In this document: in pieces, positions 24,634 to 31,419 of the stretch
Layout: every line of letters starts with the position of its first letter
How positions within the stretch are numbered: the stretch's first letter is position 1
DNA from: Methylorubrum extorquens
Lineage (GTDB): Bacteria > Pseudomonadota > Alphaproteobacteria > Rhizobiales > Beijerinckiaceae
Direction of reading: 5' to 3'
Assembly: GCA_900234795.1 (NCBI GenBank)
Contig: LT962688.1
Coordinates: forward strand, 3,210,001-3,242,000
DNA length: 32,000 nucleotides
Made by a program: the position numbers and the translations under genes
Notes under the pieces: generated by a model
The model's input: only the letters and a program-made list of their open reading frames with translations
What the model was told of the DNA's origin: nothing
Database searches by the model: none

Positions 24634-27014
24634 CCGCCGGCCACGCCGGAATACACGGTGACGAAGGGCTGGCCGTCCCGCCCGACGCCGCCGGCGACAT
24701 GCCCCAGCGTCTCCTGAAGCCGCTCTCGCAGAACCATCGCGGCCGCGTCGCGCGGCACGCCGAGATCGACGAAGGCTTGGCCGAGCAGCGGCTCCGCATC
24801 GGCCACGGTCAGGCCGCAGGCATAGAGGTTGAGGTCGTAGGACAAGCGTAGCCCCGGCTCCTCGCGGGCTTCGAGATAGTGGACCGCACCGCGCCCCCTC
24901 TCCTGCGCCAACCGGAGGATCGCATGGGCGGTGTCGCGCGCGGGCGCGCCGGCCGGCCCCCACTCACCGGCCATCCGGGTCAGCCGCGCCGCGATCTCCT
25001 CGGGGCCGCGCACCCGTGGCCAGTGGTAGAGGGTGACGACGGGCGGATGCGTTCCCCCTAGCTTCCACTTATAGGCGCGATGGACCAGCATCGGCTCCGC
25101 GCCCGCCTCGTCCGCCCCGGTCCAGGCCGCGTCAGTGCGCGACGACCATTCGACGTAGAGCTTGTAGAGCGCGCCCGACGGGCCGTCCTCGTAGCCGAGA
25201 TGAAGGATGTCCGCCCCGCCGATCACGCCGGCGGCCTCCGCGCGCTCCCGCTCCGGCAATCCGAGCCCGGCGGCCAGCCGGTCGAGCGTCGCCTCGGGTG
25301 TGAGGCCGAGGCTCGCGCGGTGCAGGCTCATGAGGAAGCGGTCGGTCTGCAATCCCGCCGGGGAGGCCTTCACCGAGCGCTCGTAGCCGAAGGGCTGGCC
25401 GAGCCCCGCCACCAGATCGGCGAGACGGGCGCCCTCCGGCGTCCTGCGCAGAGCCGCCGGGCCGGCCGGCGCCGAAGCCGCCGCGATGCGCACCGCAGGC
25501 GCGGCGACGGGGGCCTCGCCGTGCAACGCGTCCATCAGACGGACATGCGGCGCCATCGCCCCGGCGATCTGGGCCGACTGCGCACGGATACTGGCGAGCA
25601 GACGGGCGATCTCGCGGCCATCGGCGACATCGACCGGAGCGAAGGGCCGACGCGGCAGGAAATCGGCGCCGGAGAATAGGAGGTAATGATCGCCCTCGCT
25701 GAACGGCGCCTCCTCGTTCAACGCGACATGCCCGGCCAACTCGTAGAGGTCGAGGCGGTCGGCGAGCCGGTCGGGGATCATCACCGCGCGGGCCGCCGCC
25801 CAAAACGGCTCCGACCGCCGGCCGAGAACGTAATGCGCGGCCACCGCCTCGGCCGCATCGTCGTGGAAGCGGTTCAGGCGCGCGGCATAGGCACGGCGCA
25901 GCACGTCACCGCCTTCCCCCTGGCGCGGCAGGTAGGCGAGGAACGTTTCGAGTCCGGCCAGGACGAGATCGAGATCGAAGCCGAGGAGCGGCTCGACCGC
26001 TCCGGCCGCCCCCATGGCGACGACGTTGCGCTGCCACGGTGCGGCGCGGCGACCGTGACGCAGTTCCGCATCGACGATGCCCGCCTGCCCATCGAAGGTG
26101 CGGCGCAGGGTGGCCGCCGCCGCATCCGGCGGCGTGGTCCGGATGTCGTAGACGAACAGATGCTCCGTGCGATCGGCCAGCGGCAGCGACGCCGTCCATC
26201 CCTCCGCCCGGCCGCGATAGGCGGTGAAGGGCGGCACCTCGGGCGATCGCGGCAAGGACAGGCGGGCCACGCGGTCTCCGGGGCCGCTGCCCGCGACCCA
26301 GGCCTCGCCGAGCGCGGTGCCGATGAGCTGCGCGGCCGCGCCGGTACAATCGAGGAAGATGTCGCCCTCGACCGTCTGTCCTCCGTCGAGGACGAGGGCG
26401 CCGACATCGCCGTACAGGTTGCGCTCGATCTCGCGGACCCGCCCGGTCACCCCGCGCACGCCTTCGGAAAGCGCCAACTCGCGCAGGAAACGGACGAGAG
26501 CAGTTCGGTCGAGGTGATAGCCGTAATCACCGGATTCGGTGAGCGAGGACCGATCCGCCAAGGGGCGGGGTCCGCGCCCCTCGGCCGCCATCAGCGCCTG
26601 GGGCGCGTAATCGGCGTAGCTCCCGGCCTCGTCCTCGGCGCCCTCGCCGCGAAGCTTCATCCAGTAGTGGAACAGGTCGCGGCCGGCGATCCGCGGGCCG
26701 CAGGCACCGAAGGGGTGCCAGTGGCCCTGGCCCTCGGCGAACCAGTCGTCGTAGCGGCTGGCGAGCCGATAGGTCGCCGCGCAGCGGCGCATGAAGATCG
26801 CCTCGTCGATGCCGAACCCCTTGAGGAAACGGGTGAAGGCCGGGCGCGTCGCCAGGGCGGCGGAGGCCCCCGCAGCCGGGGCCGACCCGACGAGGGTGAT
26901 CGTCCAGCCCGCCCGGCGCAGGACGCGCTTCAGATAGAGCGCGGCCATCCAGCCGGCGGGACCGCCGCCGGCGACGACCAGGCGCGGAGGCGCGGAGCGT
27001 TCGGACCTGAACAT
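24630..27014 (-). CDS. Tryptophan-halogenase-family FAD-dependent protein (divergent motifs) fused to a ~280-aa C-terminal domain of unknown function (794 aa)
   Basis: The start is set at ATG 27014 (MFRSERSAPPRLVVAGGGPAGWMAALYLKR...), with GGAG ~12 nt upstream. GGGPAGWMAA and GHWHPFG resemble the Trp-halogenase family N-terminus. The site expected for WxWxIP reads GWTASLPL (26178-26201). The tracked 972-aa ORF is an upstream junk extension across the kinase gene. Confidence 0.8.
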   Translation of the reverse strand: MFRSERSAPPRLVVAGGGPAGWMAALYLKRVLRRAGWTITLVGSAPAAGASAALATRPAFTRFLKGFGIDEAIFMRRCAATYRLASRYDDWFAEGQGHWHPFGACGPRIAGRDLFHYWMKLRGEGAEDEAGSYADYAPQALMAAEGRGPRPLADRSSLTESGDYGYHLDRTALVRFLRELALSEGVRGVTGRVREIERNLYGDVGALVLDGGQTVEGDIFLDCTGAAAQLIGTALGEAWVAGSGPGDRVARLSLPRSPEVPPFTAYRGRAEGWTASLPLADRTEHLFVYDIRTTPPDAAAATLRRTFDGQAGIVDAELRHGRRAAPWQRNVVAMGAAGAVEPLLGFDLDLVLAGLETFLAYLPRQGEGGDVLRRAYAARLNRFHDDAAEAVAAHYVLGRRSEPFWAAARAVMIPDRLADRLDLYELAGHVALNEEAPFSEGDHYLLFSGADFLPRRPFAPVDVADGREIARLLASIRAQSAQIAGAMAPHVRLMDALHGEAPVAAPAVRIAAASAPAGPAALRRTPEGARLADLVAGLGQPFGYERSVKASPAGLQTDRFLMSLHRASLGLTPEATLDRLAAGLGLPERERAEAAGVIGGADILHLGYEDGPSGALYKLYVEWSSRTDAAWTGADEAGAEPMLVHRAYKWKLGGTHPPVVTLYHWPRVRGPEEIAARLTRMAGEWGPAGAPARDTAHAILRLAQERGRGAVHYLEAREEPGLRLSYDLNLYACGLTVADAEPLLGQAFVDLGVPRDAAAMVLRERLQETLGHVAGGVGRDGQPFVTVYSGVAGG

Positions 27015-27043
27015 CGAGTTGTCGGCTCCGCGAGCGTCGCCCC

Positions 27044-27703
27044 TCACGCCGTCGGCGTCGGGAGGGCCGTAAGGGTGGCGTGGAGAGTGGATTGGATTGC
27101 GGACTGAATGGCGTCGAGGTGCGCGGCGAGCGTGCCGGCGCCGAGAATCTGGTCGGCCGCCGGCCGGACCCGTTCGCGCTGCAGCGCGTAGGTCGGGTGC
27201 AGCAGGGCATCGTAGCGCCCGAGATAGGCATCGAGCGCCTCGAGAAGCCCGGGGGCGGCCGTCGGATCGCGCCCCGCCGCCTCGGTGAAGCTGCGCAGCT
27301 TGCGCGCCAGCGCGACATCCAGGGGCAGATCGAGCCAGACCAGATGGTCGATCTGCGCGCCCGTTCCGGGATGGGCCCGGCCGAGCAGGGTGTCGAGAAC
27401 GATCACGGGCCGTGCCGCGCGCCGCGACAGGCGCAGCGTGCCGCCGCGCTCCCGGTCCGGCACCGGCTCGCCGCGCCGCAGCCGGGCCAGATCCTCGGCG
27501 AGCCCCGGCACGGGCACCGCGTCGAGGGGTGCGCCGCCCGCGAGCCATGCCGCCACCCGCTCCGGCGGCCAGCCGGTGATTTCCTCATAGGCGTCGTAGG
27601 CGAGCACGGGCGCGCCGCCGAAGCGCTCCGATAGGGCGTGGGACAAGGTGGTCTTGCCGCTGCCCGGCGGTCCGCTGACCGCGAGAACGAAGGGCGCGCT
27701 CAC
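27044..27703 (-). CDS. P-loop NTPase / small-molecule or nucleotide kinase-like protein (219 aa)
   Basis: Walker A VSGPPGSGKTT lies at the N-terminus, and the size and layout are those of uridine-kinase/AAA-kinase-like proteins. The GTG start at 27703 overlaps the methyltransferase stop (GTGA). Confidence 0.75.
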   Translation of the reverse strand: MSAPFVLAVSGPPGSGKTTLSHALSERFGGAPVLAYDAYEEITGWPPERVAAWLAGGAPLDAVPVPGLAEDLARLRRGEPVPDRERGGTLRLSRRAARPVIVLDTLLGRAHPGTGAQIDHLVWLDLPLDVALARKLRSFTEAAGRDPTAAPGLLEALDAYLGRYDALLHPTYALQRERVRPAADQILGAGTLAAHLDAIQSAIQSTLHATLTALPTPTA

Positions 27704-28752
27704 CGGGCACCGCCGGGCTTGCGCGCCGCGATCAGGTGGAACGGCGTCTCAAACGCAAGGCAGCGGACGCTGCAATCGACGAAGCCGAGAGCGGCCAGCG
27801 TCTCGGTATAGAGGTCCGCATCCCGGAAGAAGGGCTGGAACACGAGGTCGGCGGATTGGACGTAGCCGAGGGGGCGCTCGCGCAGAGCCATGGGTGCCCG
27901 CTCATAGATCGCGAGACGCCCGCCGGGGGCGAGCGCGCGGGCGGCGCGTTCGAGCAGGGCACGGGCCTCGCCGGCCGGCCAATCGTGCAGGACCGACTTG
28001 AAGGTCACGAGGTCGTGCCCCTCGGGCAGGGGATCGCGCCGCATGTCGCCGGCCTGGAACGCGACGCGGGCGCCTTCCGGCCGGTCCGCGAGGTTCTCGC
28101 GGCCGAGCGCGCAGACGACGGGCAGGTCGAACACCGTCGCGGTCAGGTCCGGCGCGCGGCGGCAGGCCTGGGCGGCGAACTCGCCGCTATTACCGCCGAG
28201 ATCGAGCAGGCGCCGATGCCGGCCCGGCTCGATCCGGTCGAGGCCCGGCCCGGCCTCGTAGCGGGTCAGGCAGGTGGTGTAGGCGACCCAGCGCCGGGTC
28301 GCGTCGAGGTTGTCCGGCGTGATCTCGAAGCAGCGGTCGTAGCGGAACAGCTCGAAGGTGCGCGAGGCCGCCATGAAAGCCGGAAGGTCGGCGACGAAGG
28401 CGGGGAAATGCCGGCGCAGATCCTCGGACGCGGCGGCAGCGAAGGCGAGCTTCGCCTCGATGAGGTCGCGGCAGGGCAGCACGGCGCGGAACGCCTCGCT
28501 CAGCCCGATCCGGCCCGGCGCGGGCTCGGCGGCGATGCCGGCACCGACGAGGAGGCCGGTCAGGGAGGCAAGTTGCGGCCGCTCGAGCCGAAACTCCTCG
28601 GCCAGCCCCGAAATGGTGGTGTCCGCGCGGCGGGCGAGCCGGTCGATCAGACCCGATGTGAGGGCGAAGCTGAGGGCGTGCGCGGCGGCTTCGCTTTCGA
28701 GGAAGCGGTCCACGCGCGGAAACTCCGGGCCCGGCAGCTCCGGCGCCGACAT
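27700..28752 (-). CDS. Class I SAM-dependent O-methyltransferase, family-2 type (350 aa; an alternative ATG at 28776 adds 8 aa)
   Basis: LLDLGGNSGEFA (SAM motif I), ...FDLP..., ...FKSVLHDWP... and ...PGGRLAIYE are typical of PF00891-type O-methyltransferases. A winged-helix/dimerisation-like N-terminus is present. GGAGGGGGGAGGG lies just upstream of the ATG at 28752. Confidence 0.85.
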   Translation of the reverse strand: MSAPELPGPEFPRVDRFLESEAAAHALSFALTSGLIDRLARRADTTISGLAEEFRLERPQLASLTGLLVGAGIAAEPAPGRIGLSEAFRAVLPCRDLIEAKLAFAAAASEDLRRHFPAFVADLPAFMAASRTFELFRYDRCFEITPDNLDATRRWVAYTTCLTRYEAGPGLDRIEPGRHRRLLDLGGNSGEFAAQACRRAPDLTATVFDLPVVCALGRENLADRPEGARVAFQAGDMRRDPLPEGHDLVTFKSVLHDWPAGEARALLERAARALAPGGRLAIYERAPMALRERPLGYVQSADLVFQPFFRDADLYTETLAALGFVDCSVRCLAFETPFHLIAARKPGGAR

Positions 28753-28845
28753 CCCGCGCCCTCCCCCCTCCGGCATCAGCGTGACGCCAAGCTCAGGCTG
28801 CGGCGCGGGACTCGGTCAAACCTCTGGAATGAAGGAGGCTTTGAA

Positions 28846-28908
28846 TTGAGACGCTGGATCAACGCATTTTTCTTCGTGGCCATTGCCGCCGCCACATTCC
28901 ATTCGTGA
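28846..28908 (+). CDS. Candidate 20-codon small ORF (M/L)RRWINAFFFVAIAAATFHS: leader peptide or small hydrophobic membrane peptide
   Basis: The strong SD GAAGGAGG (28831-28838) lies 7 nt before TTG 28846. The ORF sits in a low-GC intergenic region, and an intrinsic terminator follows about 85 nt downstream. No homology is claimed. Confidence 0.3.
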   Translation: MRRWINAFFFVAIAAATFHS

Positions 28909-28993
28909 TCGAATCGCACAAACCGTGCAATAGCTCCTATCGCCCTGTGTGCCATAAATGCAAGGCGACTTGGTTTCGCTGGGTTCGCAAGGC

Positions 28994-29020
28994 AAGCCGT
29001 CGTTCAACGACGGCTTTATT
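28994..29020 (+). terminator. Rho-independent terminator-like hairpin (plus orientation)
   Basis: aaGCCGTCG-ttcaa-CGACGGCtt followed by TTTATT gives a 7-9-bp stem, a 5-nt loop and a T-rich tail on the plus strand only. Confidence 0.6.
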
Positions 29021-29114
29021 CGTGCAATGTCTTGACGAGGACTTCAGCTTCGCGATCCAGCCCGGCATCGGCCCGGCGGTGATGTCGAGGAGCGCGAGGT
29101 CACGTCGCGCGGTA

Positions 29115-29435
29115 ATGCGTGCAGATGAGGGAGCAGTCGTGAGCGAGAGCAGCAAGCCCGGTGCCGCCGATCAGGTGCGTGCGATCGAATGGCGTGAAGA
29201 CAGCATGTCGACACAGTTCGCCAACGTCGTGAACGTGCAGGGCACCCGCGAGCAGGTGGATCTGTTCTTCGGCACCAATCGGACCTGGAACCTCGCCGAG
29301 ACAGAGAGCGTGGTGGTCGATCTCTCGAACCGCGTGATCCTCACGCCGCTCGCAGCCAAGCGCCTCCACTCCGTCCTCGGCGGCGTGCTGACCGAGTACG
29401 AGAACCGCCACGGGCGCCTCGACCTCGACGCCTGA
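29115..29435 (+). CDS. DUF3467-like small protein (106 aa from ATG 29115; 98 aa from GTG 29139, which has the better SD, AGGGAG)
   Basis: ...QFANVVNVQGTREQVDLFFG...NRVILTPLAAKRLHSVLGGVLTEYENRHGRL matches my memory of the DUF3467 pattern ((Y/F)xN...E..lDFg...R.imtP..AKrL...L...l..YE..fG.i). The upstream part of the tracked 176-aa ORF lies in low-GC intergenic DNA and is unlikely to be coding. Confidence 0.7.
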   Translation: MRADEGAVVSESSKPGAADQVRAIEWREDSMSTQFANVVNVQGTREQVDLFFGTNRTWNLAETESVVVDLSNRVILTPLAAKRLHSVLGGVLTEYENRHGRLDLDA

Positions 29436-29436
29436 C

Positions 29437-29463
29437 CCGTAATGCCCCGCCGCCGCATTACGG
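29437..29463 (+). promoter_or_regulatory. Intercistronic hairpin between the DUF3467-like gene and the HlyD-family gene
   Basis: ccgtaatgc-cccgccgcc-gcattacgg gives a perfect 9-bp stem and a 9-nt loop, starting 2 nt after the stop codon. No clear U-tract follows. Confidence 0.5.
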
Positions 29464-29521
29464 CGGCCGGGCCCTTCTGCAACGAGACCCTGAGCGCCGT
29501 CAGTCAAGGAATCCGGGGGCC

Positions 29522-31408
29522 ATGAGCGAGCGTTTGGCGGTGGAGGGCGCGTCCGCAGCGAGCCCGGCCGCGCGCCTGTCCCTGCTGGAGCCGGCCCTGT
29601 GGCAGGTGCTCCGGACCTCCCAGACGCTTCAGGCCGCGGCGGAAGCGTGGCTCACGCTCCAGGCGCCGATGCTCGGCGCCCCGCGGGCCTGCGTCCTGCT
29701 TCCGGGCACGTCGGTGGGGCTCGCCCCGCTCGCCGTGTTCCCGGCTCAATCCGAGTGCGAAGCCGGCCTGCGCGAGACCGCCGAGGCCGCCTTTCGCGAG
29801 AACCGCCCGGTCGTGCAGGCGATGGCGGAGGCCGGGCCGCATCCGGGCGCCGCGCCGCAGGGGTCGGGCGCGTGGATCGCGCTGCCGCTGGTTCTGGACG
29901 AGGCGTGTTTCGCCGTCACCGCCTTCGCCCTCGACAGCCTCGACAAGGACGAGCTGCGCGCGGCGATCCGTCAGGTGCAGTGGGGCAGCGCGTGGCTCGT
30001 CGCCAAGCAGGCCGAACTGATCGGGCGGGGCGAGCGCCGGACGCTGGCCCGCTCGCGCTCCGTCCTCGACCTGCTCGCCGGGGTGCTCGAGCAATCGCGC
30101 TTTTCCGCCGCCTGCACCGCCGCGGTGACGGACCTTGCCATCGCCTTTTCCTGCCAGCGCGCGGCAATCGGCTTCGTGCGGCGCGGCAGCACCCGGATCG
30201 CGGCGATCTCGCACTCGGCGCAGTTCGGCCGCGAGATGAACCTCGTGCGCCGCCTCGGCGCCTGCATGAACGAGGCGATCGACCAGCGCAGCCTGATCCT
30301 GTTCCCGCCGCCCGAGAACGAGGCCACCGTCACGACGGCGCATGCCGACCTCGCCCGCCTGCAATATGGCGGCCGAGTGCTGACCGTGCCGATGCTCGTC
30401 GATGACCGCTTCGTCGGCGCCATCACCCTGGAGCGGCCCGCCGACCAGCCGTTCAGCCTCGAGATCGTCGAGCAGGTGAGCGCCTGCGCCGCCGCCATCG
30501 GCCCGGTGCTGGAAGACAAGCGGCAGAACGACCGATGGCTGGTGCTGAAGGCCACCGACGCCGTGATGAACGGCGCGCGGCTGGTCTTTGGCCCGAACCA
30601 TACCGGGCTCAAGCTCGGCCTCGCCGCGACGCTGGCCGTGGTCCTGGCGCTCTCGGTGATCAAGATCGATTACCGCGTGACTGCGGACGCCCGCGTCGAA
30701 GGCCTCGTGCGCCGTTCCGTCGTCGCCTCCTACGACGGCTACCTGAAGACCGCCGGGCACCGCGCCGGCGACACGGTGCGCAAGGGCGATCTCCTCGCCG
30801 CCCTGGAAGACCGCGATCTCGCCCTGGAGCGCCTGCGCTGGGTCACCGAGCGCCAGCAGCGCACCTACGAGTACGACAAGGCGCTCGCCACCCGGCAGCC
30901 CGCCACGATCAACGTGGTGAAGAGCCAGATCGATCAGGCCGACGCGCAGATCCGCCTGCTCGACGAGCAGATCGCGCGCTCGAAATTCACCGCGCCCTTC
31001 GACGGCTTGATCGTCTCCGGCGACCTTTCGCAATCCATCGGCGGCGCCATCAGCCGCGGACAGGTGCTGTTCGAGATCGCTCCGCTCGACAGCTACCGCG
31101 TCGTCCTCAGCGTGGACGAGCGCCTGATCGCCGACCTGCGCGAGGGCCAGACCGGGCACGTGCTCGCGACCTCCCTGCCCGACCAGCCGCAAGTGCTGAC
31201 GATCCAGACCATCACCCCCGTGGCCGAGGCCAAGAACGGCCGCAACCTGTTCCGGGTCGAGGGCCGGATCGAGGACGGCGCCACCCGGCTGCGGCCGGGC
31301 ATGGAAGGCATCGCCAAGGTCGATGTCGACCGGCGGCTGCTCGCCTGGGTCTGGGCCCGGCCGATCGTCGATTGGGTGCACCTCGCCCTCTGGCACTGGT
31401 GGCCGTGA
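29522..31408 (+). CDS. HlyD-family membrane fusion / periplasmic adaptor protein with an N-terminal cytoplasmic GAF-like region (628 aa)
   Basis: The N-terminal ~330 aa end with GAF-like text (...VLTVPMLVDDRFVGAITLERPADQPFSLEIVEQVSACAAAIGPVLE). One TM segment (LKLGLAATLAVVLALSVI) follows. Then comes an HlyD-type lipoyl/coiled-coil/beta-barrel region (YDGYLKTAGHRAGDTVRKGDLLAALEDRDL...FTAPFDGLIVSGDL...RPGMEGIAKVDV). Confidence 0.85.
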   Translation: MSERLAVEGASAASPAARLSLLEPALWQVLRTSQTLQAAAEAWLTLQAPMLGAPRACVLLPGTSVGLAPLAVFPAQSECEAGLRETAEAAFRENRPVVQAMAEAGPHPGAAPQGSGAWIALPLVLDEACFAVTAFALDSLDKDELRAAIRQVQWGSAWLVAKQAELIGRGERRTLARSRSVLDLLAGVLEQSRFSAACTAAVTDLAIAFSCQRAAIGFVRRGSTRIAAISHSAQFGREMNLVRRLGACMNEAIDQRSLILFPPPENEATVTTAHADLARLQYGGRVLTVPMLVDDRFVGAITLERPADQPFSLEIVEQVSACAAAIGPVLEDKRQNDRWLVLKATDAVMNGARLVFGPNHTGLKLGLAATLAVVLALSVIKIDYRVTADARVEGLVRRSVVASYDGYLKTAGHRAGDTVRKGDLLAALEDRDLALERLRWVTERQQRTYEYDKALATRQPATINVVKSQIDQADAQIRLLDEQIARSKFTAPFDGLIVSGDLSQSIGGAISRGQVLFEIAPLDSYRVVLSVDERLIADLREGQTGHVLATSLPDQPQVLTIQTITPVAEAKNGRNLFRVEGRIEDGATRLRPGMEGIAKVDVDRRLLAWVWARPIVDWVHLALWHWWP

Positions 31409-31419
31409 GGGGTTGAGGC

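Noticed and set aside
22808-27548. Extended versions of three tracked ORFs (587 aa 22808..24571, 401 aa 23758..24963, 972 aa 24630..27548)
   Set aside because: The upstream portions are Arg/Pro-rich junk that overlaps the preceding genes in another frame. Internal starts at 23740, 24633 and 27014 give compact proteins with native N-termini and operon-style junctions (ATGA overlap, short gaps).
28816-29007. 63-codon Cys-rich minus-strand ORF (LNDGLPCEPSETKSPCIYGTQGDRSYCTVCAIRSRMECGGGNGHEEKCVDPASQFKASFIPEV) immediately upstream of the modification operon: a tempting radical-SAM RiPP precursor
   Set aside because: It needs a TTG start located inside the terminator hairpin, with no SD. The internal ATG also lacks an SD. 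My hand-counted GC3 is only about half (33/63), versus very high GC3 in real genes here. It also overlaps the much better supported plus-strand SD, small ORF and terminator. It is not fully excluded. Ribosome profiling or conservation in related clusters would revive it.
29032-29060. Possible sigma-70 promoter (TTGACG at 29032-29037) for the export operon
   Set aside because: The hexamer 17 nt downstream (ATCCAG) is a poor -10 element. I cannot support a promoter call from sequence alone.
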